A DNA stretch of 64,000 nucleotides from an uncultured Chloroflexia bacterium (GCA_963814115.1 CAWFBS010000008.1:430155-494154); one strand, 5' to 3'. Shown: positions 17,757 to 28,989, counted from the first letter of the stretch. Numbers and translations: made by a program. Notes: generated by a model not told the origin, from the sequence alone.

Positions 17757-18587
17757 TCAGCCCAGGTGGATGTTGTCGATGAGGCGCGTGGTGCCGAACC
17801 GCACCGCGAGCGAGAGCATGGCTGGCCGTTGGATCCGATCCAGCTCTTCGAGCGTCGTGTCGTCGGCGCAGGAGACGTACTCGACGCTGGCGCGCGGCTC
17901 GGCGGCGAGCACCGCGGCGACGCGGTCGCGAATGGCGCTGGCGTCGCGCTCTCCGGCGTCCCACGTGACCCTGCCCTCGAGCAGGGCGCGATGCAGGACC
18001 GGGGCCGCGGCGCGATCGTCGGCGGCAAGGTGGACGTTCCGGGACGAGAGTGCCAGCCCGTCGGGCTCCCGGACGGTCGGGCAGCGGACGACCTCGGTCA
18101 GGCCCAGGTCCCGGGCCATCCGCTCGATCACCCGGAGCTGCTGGCCGTCCTTCTCGCCGAAGTAGGCGCGGTCGGGCCGAACGATGCCGAACAGCACCGC
18201 GACGACAGTCGTGACGCCGGCGAAATGTCCCGGGCGGGCGGCACCCTCCAACGGGAGCGTCAACCGATCGACGGTCACGGACGTGTCGAACCCCGCCGGG
18301 TAGACGTCGTCGACCGACGGGAGCCAGACGAGGTCCGCACCGGCATCCGCGCATAACCGCAGGTCGCTGGCCTCGCCGCGAGGGTATTGCGCGAGGTCGG
18401 CCGGGTCGTCGAACTGGCGGGGATTGACGAAGATCGAGACCGCGACGGCCCCGCATTCGTCGCGGGCCCGCGCGATCAGGGAGCGGTGGCCGGCGTGAAG
18501 CCATCCCATCGTGGGGACCAGCCCGAGTGGCCGGGGCAGTCCGCCCAGCGCGCGGCGGAGCTCCGCGCGGCTCCGGACGACGTCCAC
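17757..18587 (-). CDS. panC: Pantoate--beta-alanine ligase
   Basis: PTMGWLHAGH HIGH-type motif and full-length PanC similarity (276 aa). Confidence 0.9.
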   Translation of the reverse strand: MDVVRSRAELRRALGGLPRPLGLVPTMGWLHAGHRSLIARARDECGAVAVSIFVNPRQFDDPADLAQYPRGEASDLRLCADAGADLVWLPSVDDVYPAGFDTSVTVDRLTLPLEGAARPGHFAGVTTVVAVLFGIVRPDRAYFGEKDGQQLRVIERMARDLGLTEVVRCPTVREPDGLALSSRNVHLAADDRAAAPVLHRALLEGRVTWDAGERDASAIRDRVAAVLAAEPRASVEYVSCADDTTLEELDRIQRPAMLSLAVRFGTTRLIDNIHLG

Positions 18588-18597
18588 CGAGGGCGAT

Positions 18598-19518
18598 TCA
18601 GAGATCGCGGTCGAGCGGGATGCCGGCGCCGGCGACCCCCGGCTCGGTGGCCGTGCGGTCGTCCGGGCTCCTGCCGAGGACCTCGTCGAGGACAGCGTCG
18701 TCCATGCGGCTCGACTGGGCGGCGCCCGGGAACGTGCCCGCCTCCACCTCGGCCCGGTAGGCGGCAGCCGCCGCGAGGATCGTCCCTCGGAGGTCCGCGT
18801 AGGCCTTGGCGTGGCGCGGCCTGAAGGAGCCGAGACCCAGGAAGTCGGTCACGACCTGCACCTGACCGGAGCACCCCGCGCCCGCGCCGATGCCGATGGT
18901 CGGGATTCGCAGCCGTGCCGTGATCGCAGCTGCGAGCTGCTCCGGCACCAGCTCCACCACGATCGCAAATGCCCCCGCTTCCTGGACCGCCAGGGCGTCG
19001 TGCATGAGCGCCCGAGCCGCATCGCGGGTCCGGCCCTGGACGCGAATCTTGCCGAGCGCGTTGATCGCCTGGGGGGTCAGGCCCACGTGACCCATCACCG
19101 GGACTCCGGTCCGGACAAGCGTCTCGATCACGCGCGCGGTCCGGACGCCGCCCTCCACCTTCACCGCCTGCGCGCCTGCCTCGCGGAGGAATCGGCCGGC
19201 GTTCCGGACCGCGTCGTCCGGCGTCGCATACGAGAGGAAGGGCATGTCGGCCACGATCAACGCCCGATGCGCGCCCCGGACCACGGACTTGGCATGGTGG
19301 AGCATCTCGTCCATCGTCACCCGGACGGTGGACTCGTAGCCCAGCATCACCTGGCCCAGGGAGTCGCCCACGAGGAGCATCGGAATCCCCGCCTCGTCCA
19401 GGATGGCGGCCGTCGGGTAGTCGTACGCGGTCAGCATCGCGATGCGTTCGCCGTCGGCGTGCATGCGGGCGATGTCGACCACCGATAGGCGCGGCGCGGT
19501 CTCCGGCGTGCTGCTCAC
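18598..19518 (-). CDS. panB: 3-methyl-2-oxobutanoate hydroxymethyltransferase
   Basis: LTAYDYP, VGDSLG and GHVGLTPQ motifs. ATG overlaps the coaBC stop (ATGA). Confidence 0.9.
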   Translation of the reverse strand: MSSTPETAPRLSVVDIARMHADGERIAMLTAYDYPTAAILDEAGIPMLLVGDSLGQVMLGYESTVRVTMDEMLHHAKSVVRGAHRALIVADMPFLSYATPDDAVRNAGRFLREAGAQAVKVEGGVRTARVIETLVRTGVPVMGHVGLTPQAINALGKIRVQGRTRDAARALMHDALAVQEAGAFAIVVELVPEQLAAAITARLRIPTIGIGAGAGCSGQVQVVTDFLGLGSFRPRHAKAYADLRGTILAAAAAYRAEVEAGTFPGAAQSSRMDDAVLDEVLGRSPDDRTATEPGVAGAGIPLDRDL

Positions 19519-20915
19519 GAGGCGGTTCTCCCGGTTGCGGATGTCGCGCCAGTCTGCGCCGCCGCGTCCCGAGCGTCCAGCAGGGCCACGACGCGATCGA
19601 GGATCCGGTCGGCCACGATGCGCTTGGGCAGGAGCGGCAGCGCCTCCGTGGCGCCGTCGGCCGCGAACAGCGTCACCCGGTTGGTCGAAGTTCCGAAACC
19701 GGATCCCGGCTCGCTCACATCGTTGGCCACGAGGAGGTCGACCCGCTTCGCCCGGAGCTTGGCGGCGGCACGCTCCAACCCCCCGGTCTCCGCGGCGAAC
19801 CCGACCATGACGGGCCGTGGAAGGATCGGCACGCCAGTCTGGCCGCCGGTCGCGTCGAGACCGTCGACCCGGTGACCGAGCTCGGCGAGCACGTCCGGGT
19901 TGGGAATCAGCTCCAGCGCCAGGCCGGCCCCGGTCCGCGCGATCTTCCGGGCAGCCGTCACGGCGGGCCGGAAATCTGCCACCGCGGCCGACATGACCAG
20001 GGCATCGAAGCCCGCCCCGCCGGTTGGCGCGAGGACGAGCGACGCGAGCGCTGCCTGCATCGCCGCCGCCGTCTCGGCATGGAGCACCTCGACGCCGGTG
20101 GGTATCGGGGCAGAGATCGTGCCGGCGACCAGCGTGACCCGCGCACCGCGATCGCGGGCGGCATCGCAGATCGCGAAGCCCATCGCGCCGGTGCTGCGGT
20201 TGCCGATGAACCGGACGGGATCGATCGGCTCCGCCGTTCCTCCCGCGGTAACCACCACGTGGCGACCGGCCAGGTCGTCCGTGTCGCGCCCCGGTTCATC
20301 CGCGTCGAGGAGGCGAGGGGGGCGGTCGGCGGGGTCGGGCGTTCGGATCGCGCGCGCCCCGATCGCATCGATCGCCACGTCGACGATTCGATCGAGGGCG
20401 GCCAGGCGACCGATGCCGACCTGGCCGGAGGCAAGGCTGCCGGCTTCGGGCTCCACGATCCGGTAGCCGAACTCGTCGCGGAGGATCCGCACGTTCTCCT
20501 GTGTCGCCGGATGGGCGTACATGTCCCCGTCCATCGCCGGCGCGACCACGACCGGCGCGGACGTGGCGAGGCAGGTCGCGGTGACGACATCGGCAGCCAG
20601 CCCGTGCGCCATCGCGCCCAGCCAGTGGGCGGTGGCGGGCGCGACGACGACCACGTCCGCCGCATCGGCGGTGATCACGTGGCCGATCCGCCCATCCGGG
20701 AGGAGGTCCAGGACGTCCGCGTCCACGGGCCGGCGACTGAGCGCCGCGAGCGTGAGCGGTGCGACGAAGCGCGTCGCCGACGGCGTCATGAGCACGGCCA
20801 CGTCGGCGCCCTCGGCACGCAGGAGGCGCAGCAGGTCGACGGCCTTGAACGCGGCGATCGAGCCGGTGATACCCAGCGCGACGAAACGTCCAGCGAGGCG
20901 ACCGGGCTGGCTCAC
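19515..20915 (-). CDS. coaBC: Bifunctional phosphopantothenoylcysteine decarboxylase / phosphopantothenate--cysteine ligase
   Basis: N-terminal flavoprotein domain ([10 protein letters not shown]) plus C-terminal DFP ligase domain (NRSTGAMG). 466 aa. Confidence 0.9.
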   Translation of the reverse strand: MSQPGRLAGRFVALGITGSIAAFKAVDLLRLLRAEGADVAVLMTPSATRFVAPLTLAALSRRPVDADVLDLLPDGRIGHVITADAADVVVVAPATAHWLGAMAHGLAADVVTATCLATSAPVVVAPAMDGDMYAHPATQENVRILRDEFGYRIVEPEAGSLASGQVGIGRLAALDRIVDVAIDAIGARAIRTPDPADRPPRLLDADEPGRDTDDLAGRHVVVTAGGTAEPIDPVRFIGNRSTGAMGFAICDAARDRGARVTLVAGTISAPIPTGVEVLHAETAAAMQAALASLVLAPTGGAGFDALVMSAAVADFRPAVTAARKIARTGAGLALELIPNPDVLAELGHRVDGLDATGGQTGVPILPRPVMVGFAAETGGLERAAAKLRAKRVDLLVANDVSEPGSGFGTSTNRVTLFAADGATEALPLLPKRIVADRILDRVVALLDARDAAAQTGATSATGRTAS

Positions 20916-21712
20916 GCCTGGGCCCCGTCGCCGGTGACCGCAACGTGCAAATGCACCAGCCCCTTGAGGGTGAGGTCCGGGTCGATCCCGTCCAGCCCTT
21001 CGATCGTGTGGGCCCAGGGGAGGCTGCTCAGGCCGCCCGTCAGGACGGCCCGGACCTGGTGGGGGGCGATCCCCGCTCCGACCGCGAGCTCACGTCGAAG
21101 GTGGCCCAGGACCCCCTCGATCATCATCCGGTGCCCGAGCACGGTCCCCACCCGGATTGCGGACGCCGTGTCGCGTCCGATCGCGTTCTCGGGGCTGCGC
21201 AGCTCCACCAGGGGGAGCCGGGCCGTGTGGGCGGCCAGGGCCTCGAGGCCGAGCCCGAGTCCGGGCGCGATCGCGCCGCCCACGAAGTCGCCCCGCGAAT
21301 CGACCGCATCAAAGGTCGTGGCCGTCCCGCAGTCGACGACGACGGCCGGCCGCCCGAGGAGGTGTGCCGCAGCGTACGCGTTGACAAGCCGGTCTGGCCC
21401 GACCTCGTCGGGCTGGTCAACCTCGATTGCCATCGGGATCGTGTCAGCACCGGCGAACAGGGACGGGATTCGGCGCCGCGCCGCGATCTCCCCGAGGACC
21501 TCCTCCAGGGCCGGGACGGTGCTCGAGATTGCCACCGCCGCGACCGCGGACAGGTCCTGCCCATCGAGTCGGAGCAGGTCGTCGATCAGGACCTCCAGCT
21601 CGTCAGGGGTCCCACGGGGACGAGTTGCCGCGCGCCGCGATGAGATGAGGACGCCGTCGCGGGCCAAACCGAGCCTGACGTGGGTGTTCCCGGCATCGAT
21701 CACGAGGAGCAT
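20912..21712 (-). CDS. coaX: Type III pantothenate kinase
   Basis: LLVIDAGNTHV N-terminus and PanK-III family length (266 aa). 4-nt overlap with coaBC. Confidence 0.85.
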   Translation of the reverse strand: MLLVIDAGNTHVRLGLARDGVLISSRRAATRPRGTPDELEVLIDDLLRLDGQDLSAVAAVAISSTVPALEEVLGEIAARRRIPSLFAGADTIPMAIEVDQPDEVGPDRLVNAYAAAHLLGRPAVVVDCGTATTFDAVDSRGDFVGGAIAPGLGLGLEALAAHTARLPLVELRSPENAIGRDTASAIRVGTVLGHRMMIEGVLGHLRRELAVGAGIAPHQVRAVLTGGLSSLPWAHTIEGLDGIDPDLTLKGLVHLHVAVTGDGAQA

Positions 21713-21908
21713 GCGGCGATCATAGGGCCGGTCGCCATGTGCGCGTGGCGCCGATGAGGGTGCCCCCGTGAACGATCCCGAACCGCAACCAGGCGGGCTG
21801 TGCCGGGGTCGGCGGCCTGCGCTACGATCGCCCGGTCCGCGGACCGTCCCGGGACGGCCTGGTCGGGCGGCTGGTCGCAGCCGGCAGCGGAATGGCAGGA
21901 GGGGCCCG

Positions 21909-22340
21909 ATGGCGCGTCCGATCCCGGCGAGGTTCTACGTCAACAGCGGAATCGTCTCGTCGCGAACGGACATCCACAACCTGCTCCGGCCGCTCGTCAA
22001 GCAGACCGTCGCCTACCGCTACTTCCGCGGCCGGGACCTGGTCGCTTCCGGGACCGGCTGGGTGGAGCGGGTCGTGATCGACGAACCGGAGACCTCGAGC
22101 TACTTCACCCCGATCTCGATCTGCCTGAACGTCGATTCGTTCGAGCAGCTTGACTTCGAGACGCGGCCCGACCAGCTCATCGTCTACACGCTGGTCGAAG
22201 GCGACGAACGGGTGGTGCTGGAGTACGCGCCGGCCGGAGAGCGCGACTCGAACGGGCAGGTGCCGGGCCAGCTTGCGTTCGACACGAGCGGTTTCGTCCA
22301 GATGGAGCTGCTGGCCTCGCCGGACGACGAAGAGCGCTGA
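21909..22340 (+). CDS. Hypothetical protein (143 aa)
   Basis: ATG at 21909, in frame inside the 190-aa ORF. Normal composition after an Arg/Pro-rich upstream part. Divergent from coaX. Confidence 0.4.
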   Translation: MARPIPARFYVNSGIVSSRTDIHNLLRPLVKQTVAYRYFRGRDLVASGTGWVERVVIDEPETSSYFTPISICLNVDSFEQLDFETRPDQLIVYTLVEGDERVVLEYAPAGERDSNGQVPGQLAFDTSGFVQMELLASPDDEER

Positions 22341-22406
22341 CCGCCGTCCCCGGCGGGACCGATCGCCGGCCCTGGCCGGACCCGAGACCCCGTAACGAGA
22401 CCCCCG

Positions 22407-23366
22407 CTACGACTCCTCGCGCACGTAGGGGACCCCAAGCGCAGCCGGCGTGCCGATGCGCCGCTGGGCCAGGGTGGTCGATGCGACTGCAAGCACCACG
22501 ACCGTCATGATGTAGGGAAGTGAGGAGAAGAACTCGGACGGGAGCTGGACGCCGTGCGCCTGGAGGGTGAAACCGAGGCTGGACAGGGCACCGAAGAGGT
22601 AGGCGCCCACGACGAGCAGGTCGGGCCTCCAGAACGCGAAGATCACGAGCGCAATCGCGATCCAGCCCGCGCCGGCCGTGAGCCCGTCCGTCCAGATCGG
22701 CGCGATGGCGAGCGTGAAGTAGGCGCCGCCGAGCCCGGCGAACGCGCCGCCGAGGACCGTGTGCACGTAGCGATACCGGCTGACGTTGATCCCCATCGCA
22801 TCGGCCGAGCGGGGTGACTCGCCGACGGCCCGCAGGTAGAGCCCGAAGCGGGTGCGGAACAGGTAGTACGTGACGAGGGCCACGAGCCCCCACGAGAGAT
22901 AGACGAAGGCATCCTGGTTGAGCAGGATCGGGCCGACGATCGGGACGTCCGAGAGCCCGAACACGTCGAGCTTCACGAGCTGGTGAAGGCCGTGCTCGCC
23001 GCCGACTCCCCAGACGTGCCCCGCGTACGACGAGAGCCCGATCGTCCCGGCAAAGATCGTCAGCGCCAGCCCGGAGACGATCTGGTTCACCCGGACCGTG
23101 ATCGAGAGGAAGGCGTGGATGAGCGCCATGAGCGCTCCGGCGGCGGCGGCGGCGAGGATGGCCGCGATGAGCACGGCCAGACCCGGGCCGCCAAGCGTCT
23201 GCGACACGAAGAACGCCGTGACCGCGCCCATCAGCATCATCCCCTCGACCCCGAGGTTCAGGACGCCGGAGCGCTCGGCGAGCAGCTCCCCGAGACCCGC
23301 GAGCACGAGCGGCGTGCCGAAGGCGATGGCGGAGACGGCGACCGAGACGACAAGATCGACGGTCAT
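22407..23366 (-). CDS. ABC transporter permease (BMP/nucleoside-type, YufQ-like)
   Basis: Polytopic membrane protein of branched-chain/ribose-type permease architecture. 4-nt overlap with the upstream permease. Confidence 0.8.
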   Translation of the reverse strand: MTVDLVVSVAVSAIAFGTPLVLAGLGELLAERSGVLNLGVEGMMLMGAVTAFFVSQTLGGPGLAVLIAAILAAAAAGALMALIHAFLSITVRVNQIVSGLALTIFAGTIGLSSYAGHVWGVGGEHGLHQLVKLDVFGLSDVPIVGPILLNQDAFVYLSWGLVALVTYYLFRTRFGLYLRAVGESPRSADAMGINVSRYRYVHTVLGGAFAGLGGAYFTLAIAPIWTDGLTAGAGWIAIALVIFAFWRPDLLVVGAYLFGALSSLGFTLQAHGVQLPSEFFSSLPYIMTVVVLAVASTTLAQRRIGTPAALGVPYVREES

Positions 23367-24496
23367 GAGACGACCTCGGCTCCGGCCTCATCGTCCACGC
23401 TGGGGGCGGGCGCCGCGGCACGGCCGAACCGGACCCGGTAGCGACCCAGGAACTCCCCACCGAGGACGCTGAACAGGATGATGCCCTCCATGGTCCCGAC
23501 CAGGCCGATCGGGAACGTTGGCCCCTGCAGGGCGAACCCGGCGTTGGTCAGCGCGCCGATCAGGATCGAGACGATCACGACCGCCAGCGGGTTGTACATC
23601 GCCAGGGCCGCAACGACGATCCCCGTGTAGCCATAGCCTGCCTGCTGCAGCCCGCGCGGGTCGAGCACGTGACCGAAGTCGCCGATCTGGCTGGCGCCGC
23701 CCATTCCGGCCAGCGCGCCGGACAGGGCCATCACCGAGACGATGGTGCGCCTGGTGCGCATCCCGGCGTAGTGCGCCGCGGTGCTCGAGTCCCCCATGAC
23801 GCGCATCTCGAATCCGAAGCGGGTCCAGCGAATCAGCGCCAGCAGGCCGACGGCGAGCACGACTCCGGCGATGAACCCGAACGGCAACGTGAACGACCCG
23901 AGGGCGATTCCGGGCCAGTCGGCCGCCGGCAGGAGGTACTTGCCCTGGGGGAACACGAGCGCGCTCGGCGACGTCGTGTCGCGCCAGAAGGACGTGCTGT
24001 CGTAGATCAGGTAGTACATGAACAGGCCCGCGATGTAGTTGAGCATCAGCGAGACCAGGATCTCGTTGGTGCGGAGGTAGGCGCGGAGCAGGCCCGGAAT
24101 CATGGCCCACAGGAGGCCGGCCAGGGCACCCCCGAGCATCATCGCCAGGATCAGCAGCGGCTGCGGCCATCCGCCCAGCAGGAGGCCCACGCCGGAGGCG
24201 CCCACGGCGCCCATGTAGAGCTGACCTTCGCCGCCGATGTTCCACACGCGCATCCGGAAGGCGAGCGCGACGGCCAGGCCGGTGAACAGGAGGGGCGTTG
24301 CGTACACGAAGGTCGCCGTCACCGCTCCCGCCGAGGTGAAGGATGCCTCGTAGATCTGCCGGTACGTGTCGAGCGGGTCGTGCCCCGACACGAGGAGCAC
24401 CACGCCGGCGATGATCGACGCCATCACGAGCGAAACGATCGGAAGCGCGACTCGCTGCCACCTCGGGGTGACGAGGCTGCGCTCGATGCTGATCAC
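23363..24496 (-). CDS. ABC transporter permease (YufP-like)
   Basis: 377-aa polytopic permease. Overlaps the ATPase gene by 4 nt. Confidence 0.8.
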   Translation of the reverse strand: MISIERSLVTPRWQRVALPIVSLVMASIIAGVVLLVSGHDPLDTYRQIYEASFTSAGAVTATFVYATPLLFTGLAVALAFRMRVWNIGGEGQLYMGAVGASGVGLLLGGWPQPLLILAMMLGGALAGLLWAMIPGLLRAYLRTNEILVSLMLNYIAGLFMYYLIYDSTSFWRDTTSPSALVFPQGKYLLPAADWPGIALGSFTLPFGFIAGVVLAVGLLALIRWTRFGFEMRVMGDSSTAAHYAGMRTRRTIVSVMALSGALAGMGGASQIGDFGHVLDPRGLQQAGYGYTGIVVAALAMYNPLAVVIVSILIGALTNAGFALQGPTFPIGLVGTMEGIILFSVLGGEFLGRYRVRFGRAAAPAPSVDDEAGAEVVS

Positions 24497-26082
24497 GATG
24501 CGGCCCCTGCCATCATCAGGCCCAGGTGCTCGTAGTCCGCGGTTGCCGCATCCACGACGCCCACCACCCGGCCTTCGTAGAGGACTGCGATCCGGTCGGA
24601 CAGCTCGACGATCTCGTCGAGATCCTCGCTGATCAGCATGATGGCGGCTCCCTGCTTCGCAGCGTCCACCAGCACGCTTCGGACGTACTCGGTGGCGCCG
24701 ACGTCAAGCCCGCGGGTCGGCGAGGCAGCGATGACCAGGCGAGGTCCGGACGACAGCTCGCGGGCCAGGACGACCTTCTGGACGTTGCCCCCGGAGAGCT
24801 GGCGGACAAGGGTGCCGGGACTGGGCGCCCGGATATCGAAGCGCGCCATGAGCGCCGTCGCCTGCGCCTCTGCCCGCCCCATCAGGAGGATGGGCCCGAC
24901 ATGCGGGCTGCTGCTCCGGTAGGACTTCAGGATCAGGTTCTCTGCCACCGACAGGTTCGGCGACACGCCGGTCCCCATGCGATCCTCCGGAACGTTCGCC
25001 ACGCCCCGATTGATGGCGTCCCGGGGATCCCCGGAAACCACGTCCTCGCCGCCGATCCGGATGGTCCCTTGGGTGAACGGCCGAATCCCGGCGACGACCT
25101 CTGCGAGCTCACGCTGCCCGTTCCCGGATACCCCCGCGATCCCGAGGATCTCGCCGGCATTGATCGCCAGGGAGACGTTCTTGAGGGCATCGATCCCGAA
25201 GTCCCCCCGGACGTGCACGCCGTCGAGAACGAGCACCGGAGGTTGGGCGGGTTCCGGCTTCGGCGCAGCGCCGGCCGCCCGCGGATGCACATCGAACGAC
25301 ATCTCGTGGCCGACCATCAGGCGGGCGAGCTCCCGCGCGTCCGTCCCGGCGATGTCGAGCGTGGTGACCGAGCGGCCCTTGCGCAGGATCGTCGTTCGGT
25401 CGGCGATCGCGAAGACCTCCGGCATCTTGTGGGAGATGAAGATGACGGTGCTGCCCTCGGCGACCATCTCCCGGACGCTCGAGAACAGCTGGTCGATCTC
25501 GGCCGGGGTCAGGACCGTGGTCGGCTCGTCGAGGATCAGGATGCTCGCGCCCCGGTAGAGCGCCTTGAGGATGTCGACCCGCTGGCGTTCCCCGAGCGAC
25601 AGCTGCCAGATCCGGGCCCGCGGGTCCACGGCCATCTGGTACCGCGCGGCGATCTCCTCGATCTCCGCCTCGACCGTGTGGGCGGAGTAGGTCACCCCGC
25701 CATGGCGCGACCAGCCCAACACGACGTTCTCGGCGACCGTCAGGCTGTCGACCAGGCTCAGGTGCTGGTGCACCATGAAGATTCCGGCCGCCTGTGCCTC
25801 GTGAGGGGAGTGCAGCCGGACCGGACCGCCGTTGATGCGGATCTCGCCCTCGTCCGGCCGGTACAGCCCGGTCAGGATGTTGCAGAGGGTGGTCTTCCCC
25901 GCGCCGTTCTCCCCCAGCAGCGCGTGGACTTCGCCATGACTCGCCTCGAACGAGACGCGGTCGTTGGCGACCACGCCACCCGTGAAGCGCTTGGTCACGC
26001 CGACTGCCGCCACCGCCGGGTCGGCCCCGGCGGTGGCGGATTCGGCGGCGGTCGGGCTCACCCCGACGGCGCGGATGTCCAA
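24493..26082 (-). CDS. ABC transporter ATP-binding protein with duplicated ABC domains
   Basis: Two Walker A sites (GENGAGKTT; GVSGNGQ) and two LSGG signature motifs. 529 aa. Confidence 0.85.
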   Translation of the reverse strand: MDIRAVGVSPTAAESATAGADPAVAAVGVTKRFTGGVVANDRVSFEASHGEVHALLGENGAGKTTLCNILTGLYRPDEGEIRINGGPVRLHSPHEAQAAGIFMVHQHLSLVDSLTVAENVVLGWSRHGGVTYSAHTVEAEIEEIAARYQMAVDPRARIWQLSLGERQRVDILKALYRGASILILDEPTTVLTPAEIDQLFSSVREMVAEGSTVIFISHKMPEVFAIADRTTILRKGRSVTTLDIAGTDARELARLMVGHEMSFDVHPRAAGAAPKPEPAQPPVLVLDGVHVRGDFGIDALKNVSLAINAGEILGIAGVSGNGQRELAEVVAGIRPFTQGTIRIGGEDVVSGDPRDAINRGVANVPEDRMGTGVSPNLSVAENLILKSYRSSSPHVGPILLMGRAEAQATALMARFDIRAPSPGTLVRQLSGGNVQKVVLARELSSGPRLVIAASPTRGLDVGATEYVRSVLVDAAKQGAAIMLISEDLDEIVELSDRIAVLYEGRVVGVVDAATADYEHLGLMMAGAAS

Positions 26083-26128
26083 GGTCGCTCCCTCGCGGAG
26101 TTGGGCCCTGTCAGGCCGGGCGCTCGGG

Positions 26129-27334
26129 TCAGCCCTTCGGGCTGCCGATGACGCCCTTGACGAACCAGTTGAGCGCGTACTTGTCGTTGACGGTCAGCGT
26201 CGTGCCGGCCGGCACGCCGATCGTGCCGTCCTGCTTCGTGATCGGCCCGGTGAACGGGTCGAAGGTGCCAGCCTTGATCGCGTCTTCCTTGGCGGTGATG
26301 GCGGCCTGGGTCGCCGCGTCGACCGACTTGCCGAACGGGGCCATGACGATGAAGCCGTCCGCGAATCCGCCGTAGTAGAAGTGGCTCTTCCAGCTGCCGT
26401 CCATGGCGGCCTGGACTTCCTGCGTGTAGTAGGGGCCCCAGTTATAGGTGGTGGCCGTCAGCCACGAATCCGGCGCGAAGGACGTCTGGTCGGAGTCGTA
26501 ACCGGTCCACTTGAGGCCTGCGGCCGCTGCGACCTGGCCGGTCGTCGGGCTGTCCTGCCCGTCGCCGAGCACGTCGACGCCGGCTGCCACGAGGCTCTCG
26601 GCGGCCGAGCGCTCCGTCGCGGGCGCGAACCACGTGTTCGTCCAGACGACCTTGACCGTGGCGTTCGGGTTCATCGCCTGGGCGCCCATGGTGTAGGCGT
26701 CGATCTCGCGGATGACCTCGGGGATCGCGAACGGGGCGACGAAGCCGATCTTGCCGGTCTTGGAGGCTGCCCCGGCGGCCATGCCGGAGAGGTAGTCCCC
26801 GTCCTCGCCGGCGCCGTAGTACTCGGAGAGATTCGTGGCGAGCTCGGTGCCGGTGGCCTGCTCAAACAGCACGTTCGGGTACTGCTTGGCGGCGGCGACC
26901 ATCGCGTCCTGGTAGCCGAACGAGGTCGCGAAGATGATGTTCGCGCCCTGGTTCACGAGCTGGGTGATGACCTGGGCGGTCTGCGGACCTTCTGGAACGT
27001 TCTCCTTGAACATCGTCTGGACCCGCCCGCCGAAGGAGGCCTCCATCGCGAGGCGTCCAACGTCATGGGCATGCGTCCAGCCGGCGTCGCTGGCGGCGCC
27101 CACGTAGATGAACGCGGCCTTGAACGGGTTGCTGGTGGTCCACTGGCTGCCGGCAGCCGAAGCCGCCGCGGACGGCGATGCCGCCGACGGCGATGCCGCG
27201 ACCGAGGGAGCGGCCGACGCGGGCGCAGCGGCCGACGCCGGTACCGGTGTCGATGCGGAGCTGCACGCGGCCAACAGGGCCGTGACGACCCCGAGCACCA
27301 CGGACAACCGGATCGTTCGCCTGGTTCCGTTCAC
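26129..27334 (-). CDS. BMP family (PnrA/Med-like) ABC transporter substrate-binding lipoprotein
   Basis: GTG start with a perfect AGGAGG SD 8 nt upstream. Signal peptide plus lipobox LLAACSS. Ala/Ser/Pro linker, then BMP family core. Confidence 0.8.
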   Translation of the reverse strand: MNGTRRTIRLSVVLGVVTALLAACSSASTPVPASAAAPASAAPSVAASPSAASPSAAASAAGSQWTTSNPFKAAFIYVGAASDAGWTHAHDVGRLAMEASFGGRVQTMFKENVPEGPQTAQVITQLVNQGANIIFATSFGYQDAMVAAAKQYPNVLFEQATGTELATNLSEYYGAGEDGDYLSGMAAGAASKTGKIGFVAPFAIPEVIREIDAYTMGAQAMNPNATVKVVWTNTWFAPATERSAAESLVAAGVDVLGDGQDSPTTGQVAAAAGLKWTGYDSDQTSFAPDSWLTATTYNWGPYYTQEVQAAMDGSWKSHFYYGGFADGFIVMAPFGKSVDAATQAAITAKEDAIKAGTFDPFTGPITKQDGTIGVPAGTTLTVNDKYALNWFVKGVIGSPKG

Positions 27335-27699
27335 AGAGCTCCTCCTTGCTTGCCAAAGATCGTGCCCAGCCCGAGGTGTGACAGTTTGGCCCATCGAGAC
27401 CGCGCCGATCGTGCATATCCGCGGATCGCGGCGACTCGCGCGGGTCCGCCGCGCCCAGGAATGGGCCCCTCGTCGGCAACGGGGTGCCGCCGCGGAGCCG
27501 GCTGACCACGCTTCTTCGTCTCCTCCACTAGATCCCCGCGCCAGGGTGGACGGCCACGGGCATGTGCGACACGGGACGCAGCGACACGGCACCGAGGGTC
27601 CCGTCCAGGGTGCGATCGTCCGTCTAGGATAGTCGTCCGCGACCCGTCCGATCGGGCATTGGCGTCCGGGTCAGTGTCGTTTGGGATACCCTTCCGCGG

Positions 27700-28989
27700 A
27701 TGTTCGAACGTACCGCGCTGCCTGTCGGACCGCGCGTCATCACTGCGCGACTGCCGGGCGCCCGCTCGTTCACCGTGGAGGCACACGTCCTGGCCGGCTC
27801 GCGCCACGAAGCCCTCGGACAGGCGGGCTGCGCCCATTTCATGGAGCACCTGACCTTCAAGGGCACGCGGGCGTACCCGACGACGCGCGCCCTCTCGGAG
27901 GCTGTCGAGGGCCTGGGTGGAACCTTCAACGCATCGACGGACCGCGAATCGACCGTCTACTACGTGCGGGTCCCCGCGCGCCATGCGGCGACCGCCATGG
28001 AGGTGCTGGGCGAGCTCGTGGTCCGGCCGAACCTCGACGAGGCGGAGATAGAGAACGAGCGGGATGTCATCGTCGAGGAGATCCGCTCGTACCTCGACGA
28101 TCCCGCCGAGCACGTGAACGTGCTCTTTGACCTGGCGATGTTCGACGACACGCCGCTCGGGCGCGAGATCGCCGGTTCCGAGGAGAGCGTCCGGGCACTT
28201 CCCGCGACCGCCATCCACGAGTTCTGGCGGACGCACTACCGGCCGTCCAACGTTGTCGTCGCGGCGTCGGGCGACATGGGTCATGACCGGGTCGTTGAGC
28301 TCGCCGCGGCCGCCTTCGGAAGTGGAGGCGGCTCCAGTGCGGGGTTCCTTCCCGCGCCCCGGATCCCCGCCGGCACGCGCAGCCTGCGGGCCACCCGGCC
28401 GGCCACCCAGGCCCAGCTCGTGGTGGGCGTCCCGGCGCTCCCGCGTGATCACCCGGACCAATGGACGCTCTCGGTGCTCAACGCCGTGCTCGGTGACGGC
28501 ATGTCGAGCCGGCTGTTCCTGGGGGTCCGCGAGGAGCGCGGCCTCGCCTACGACGTGGGGAGCTCGACGGTCGAGTACAGCGACGCGGGGGTGCTCTCCG
28601 TCTATGCCGGCGTCGACCCGGGACGGATCAGGCCGACGATCGCGGCCGTGCTCGCCGAGCTGGCCCGGCTCCGGGACGAGGACGTGCCGGAGCCCGAGAT
28701 GGTGAAGGTCAAGGCCTACCTCGCCGGGCGCCTGGAGCTTCGCCTGGACGAGACGCGGTATCTCGCGTCCTGGATCGGCACCCAGGAAGCGCTCCACGAC
28801 AGGGTCCTCACCCCGGAGCAGGCCCTCGCCGCGATCGACGCCGTGACCGCCGCCGACGTTCGGCGTTTGGCCGGCAGGCTCTTCGTCGACGAGGCCCTTC
28901 GACTGGCTGTCGTCGCCCCCGCCGGGAAGGGCCGCGCGCTGGAGCCGGCGCTGCGGCTCCCGGCACGCAGCACGGTGTTCGCCACATGA
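27700..28989 (+). CDS. M16 family zinc peptidase (insulinase-like)
   Basis: Inverted zinc-binding motif HFMEHLTFKG (HxxEH) plus downstream E. 429 aa. Confidence 0.8.
   Translation: MFERTALPVGPRVITARLPGARSFTVEAHVLAGSRHEALGQAGCAHFMEHLTFKGTRAYPTTRALSEAVEGLGGTFNASTDRESTVYYVRVPARHAATAMEVLGELVVRPNLDEAEIENERDVIVEEIRSYLDDPAEHVNVLFDLAMFDDTPLGREIAGSEESVRALPATAIHEFWRTHYRPSNVVVAASGDMGHDRVVELAAAAFGSGGGSSAGFLPAPRIPAGTRSLRATRPATQAQLVVGVPALPRDHPDQWTLSVLNAVLGDGMSSRLFLGVREERGLAYDVGSSTVEYSDAGVLSVYAGVDPGRIRPTIAAVLAELARLRDEDVPEPEMVKVKAYLAGRLELRLDETRYLASWIGTQEALHDRVLTPEQALAAIDAVTAADVRRLAGRLFVDEALRLAVVAPAGKGRALEPALRLPARSTVFAT

Noticed and set aside
19872-21725. 617-aa plus-strand ORF antisense to coaBC/coaX
   Set aside because: Overlaps two strongly supported minus-strand genes and gives a low-complexity translation.
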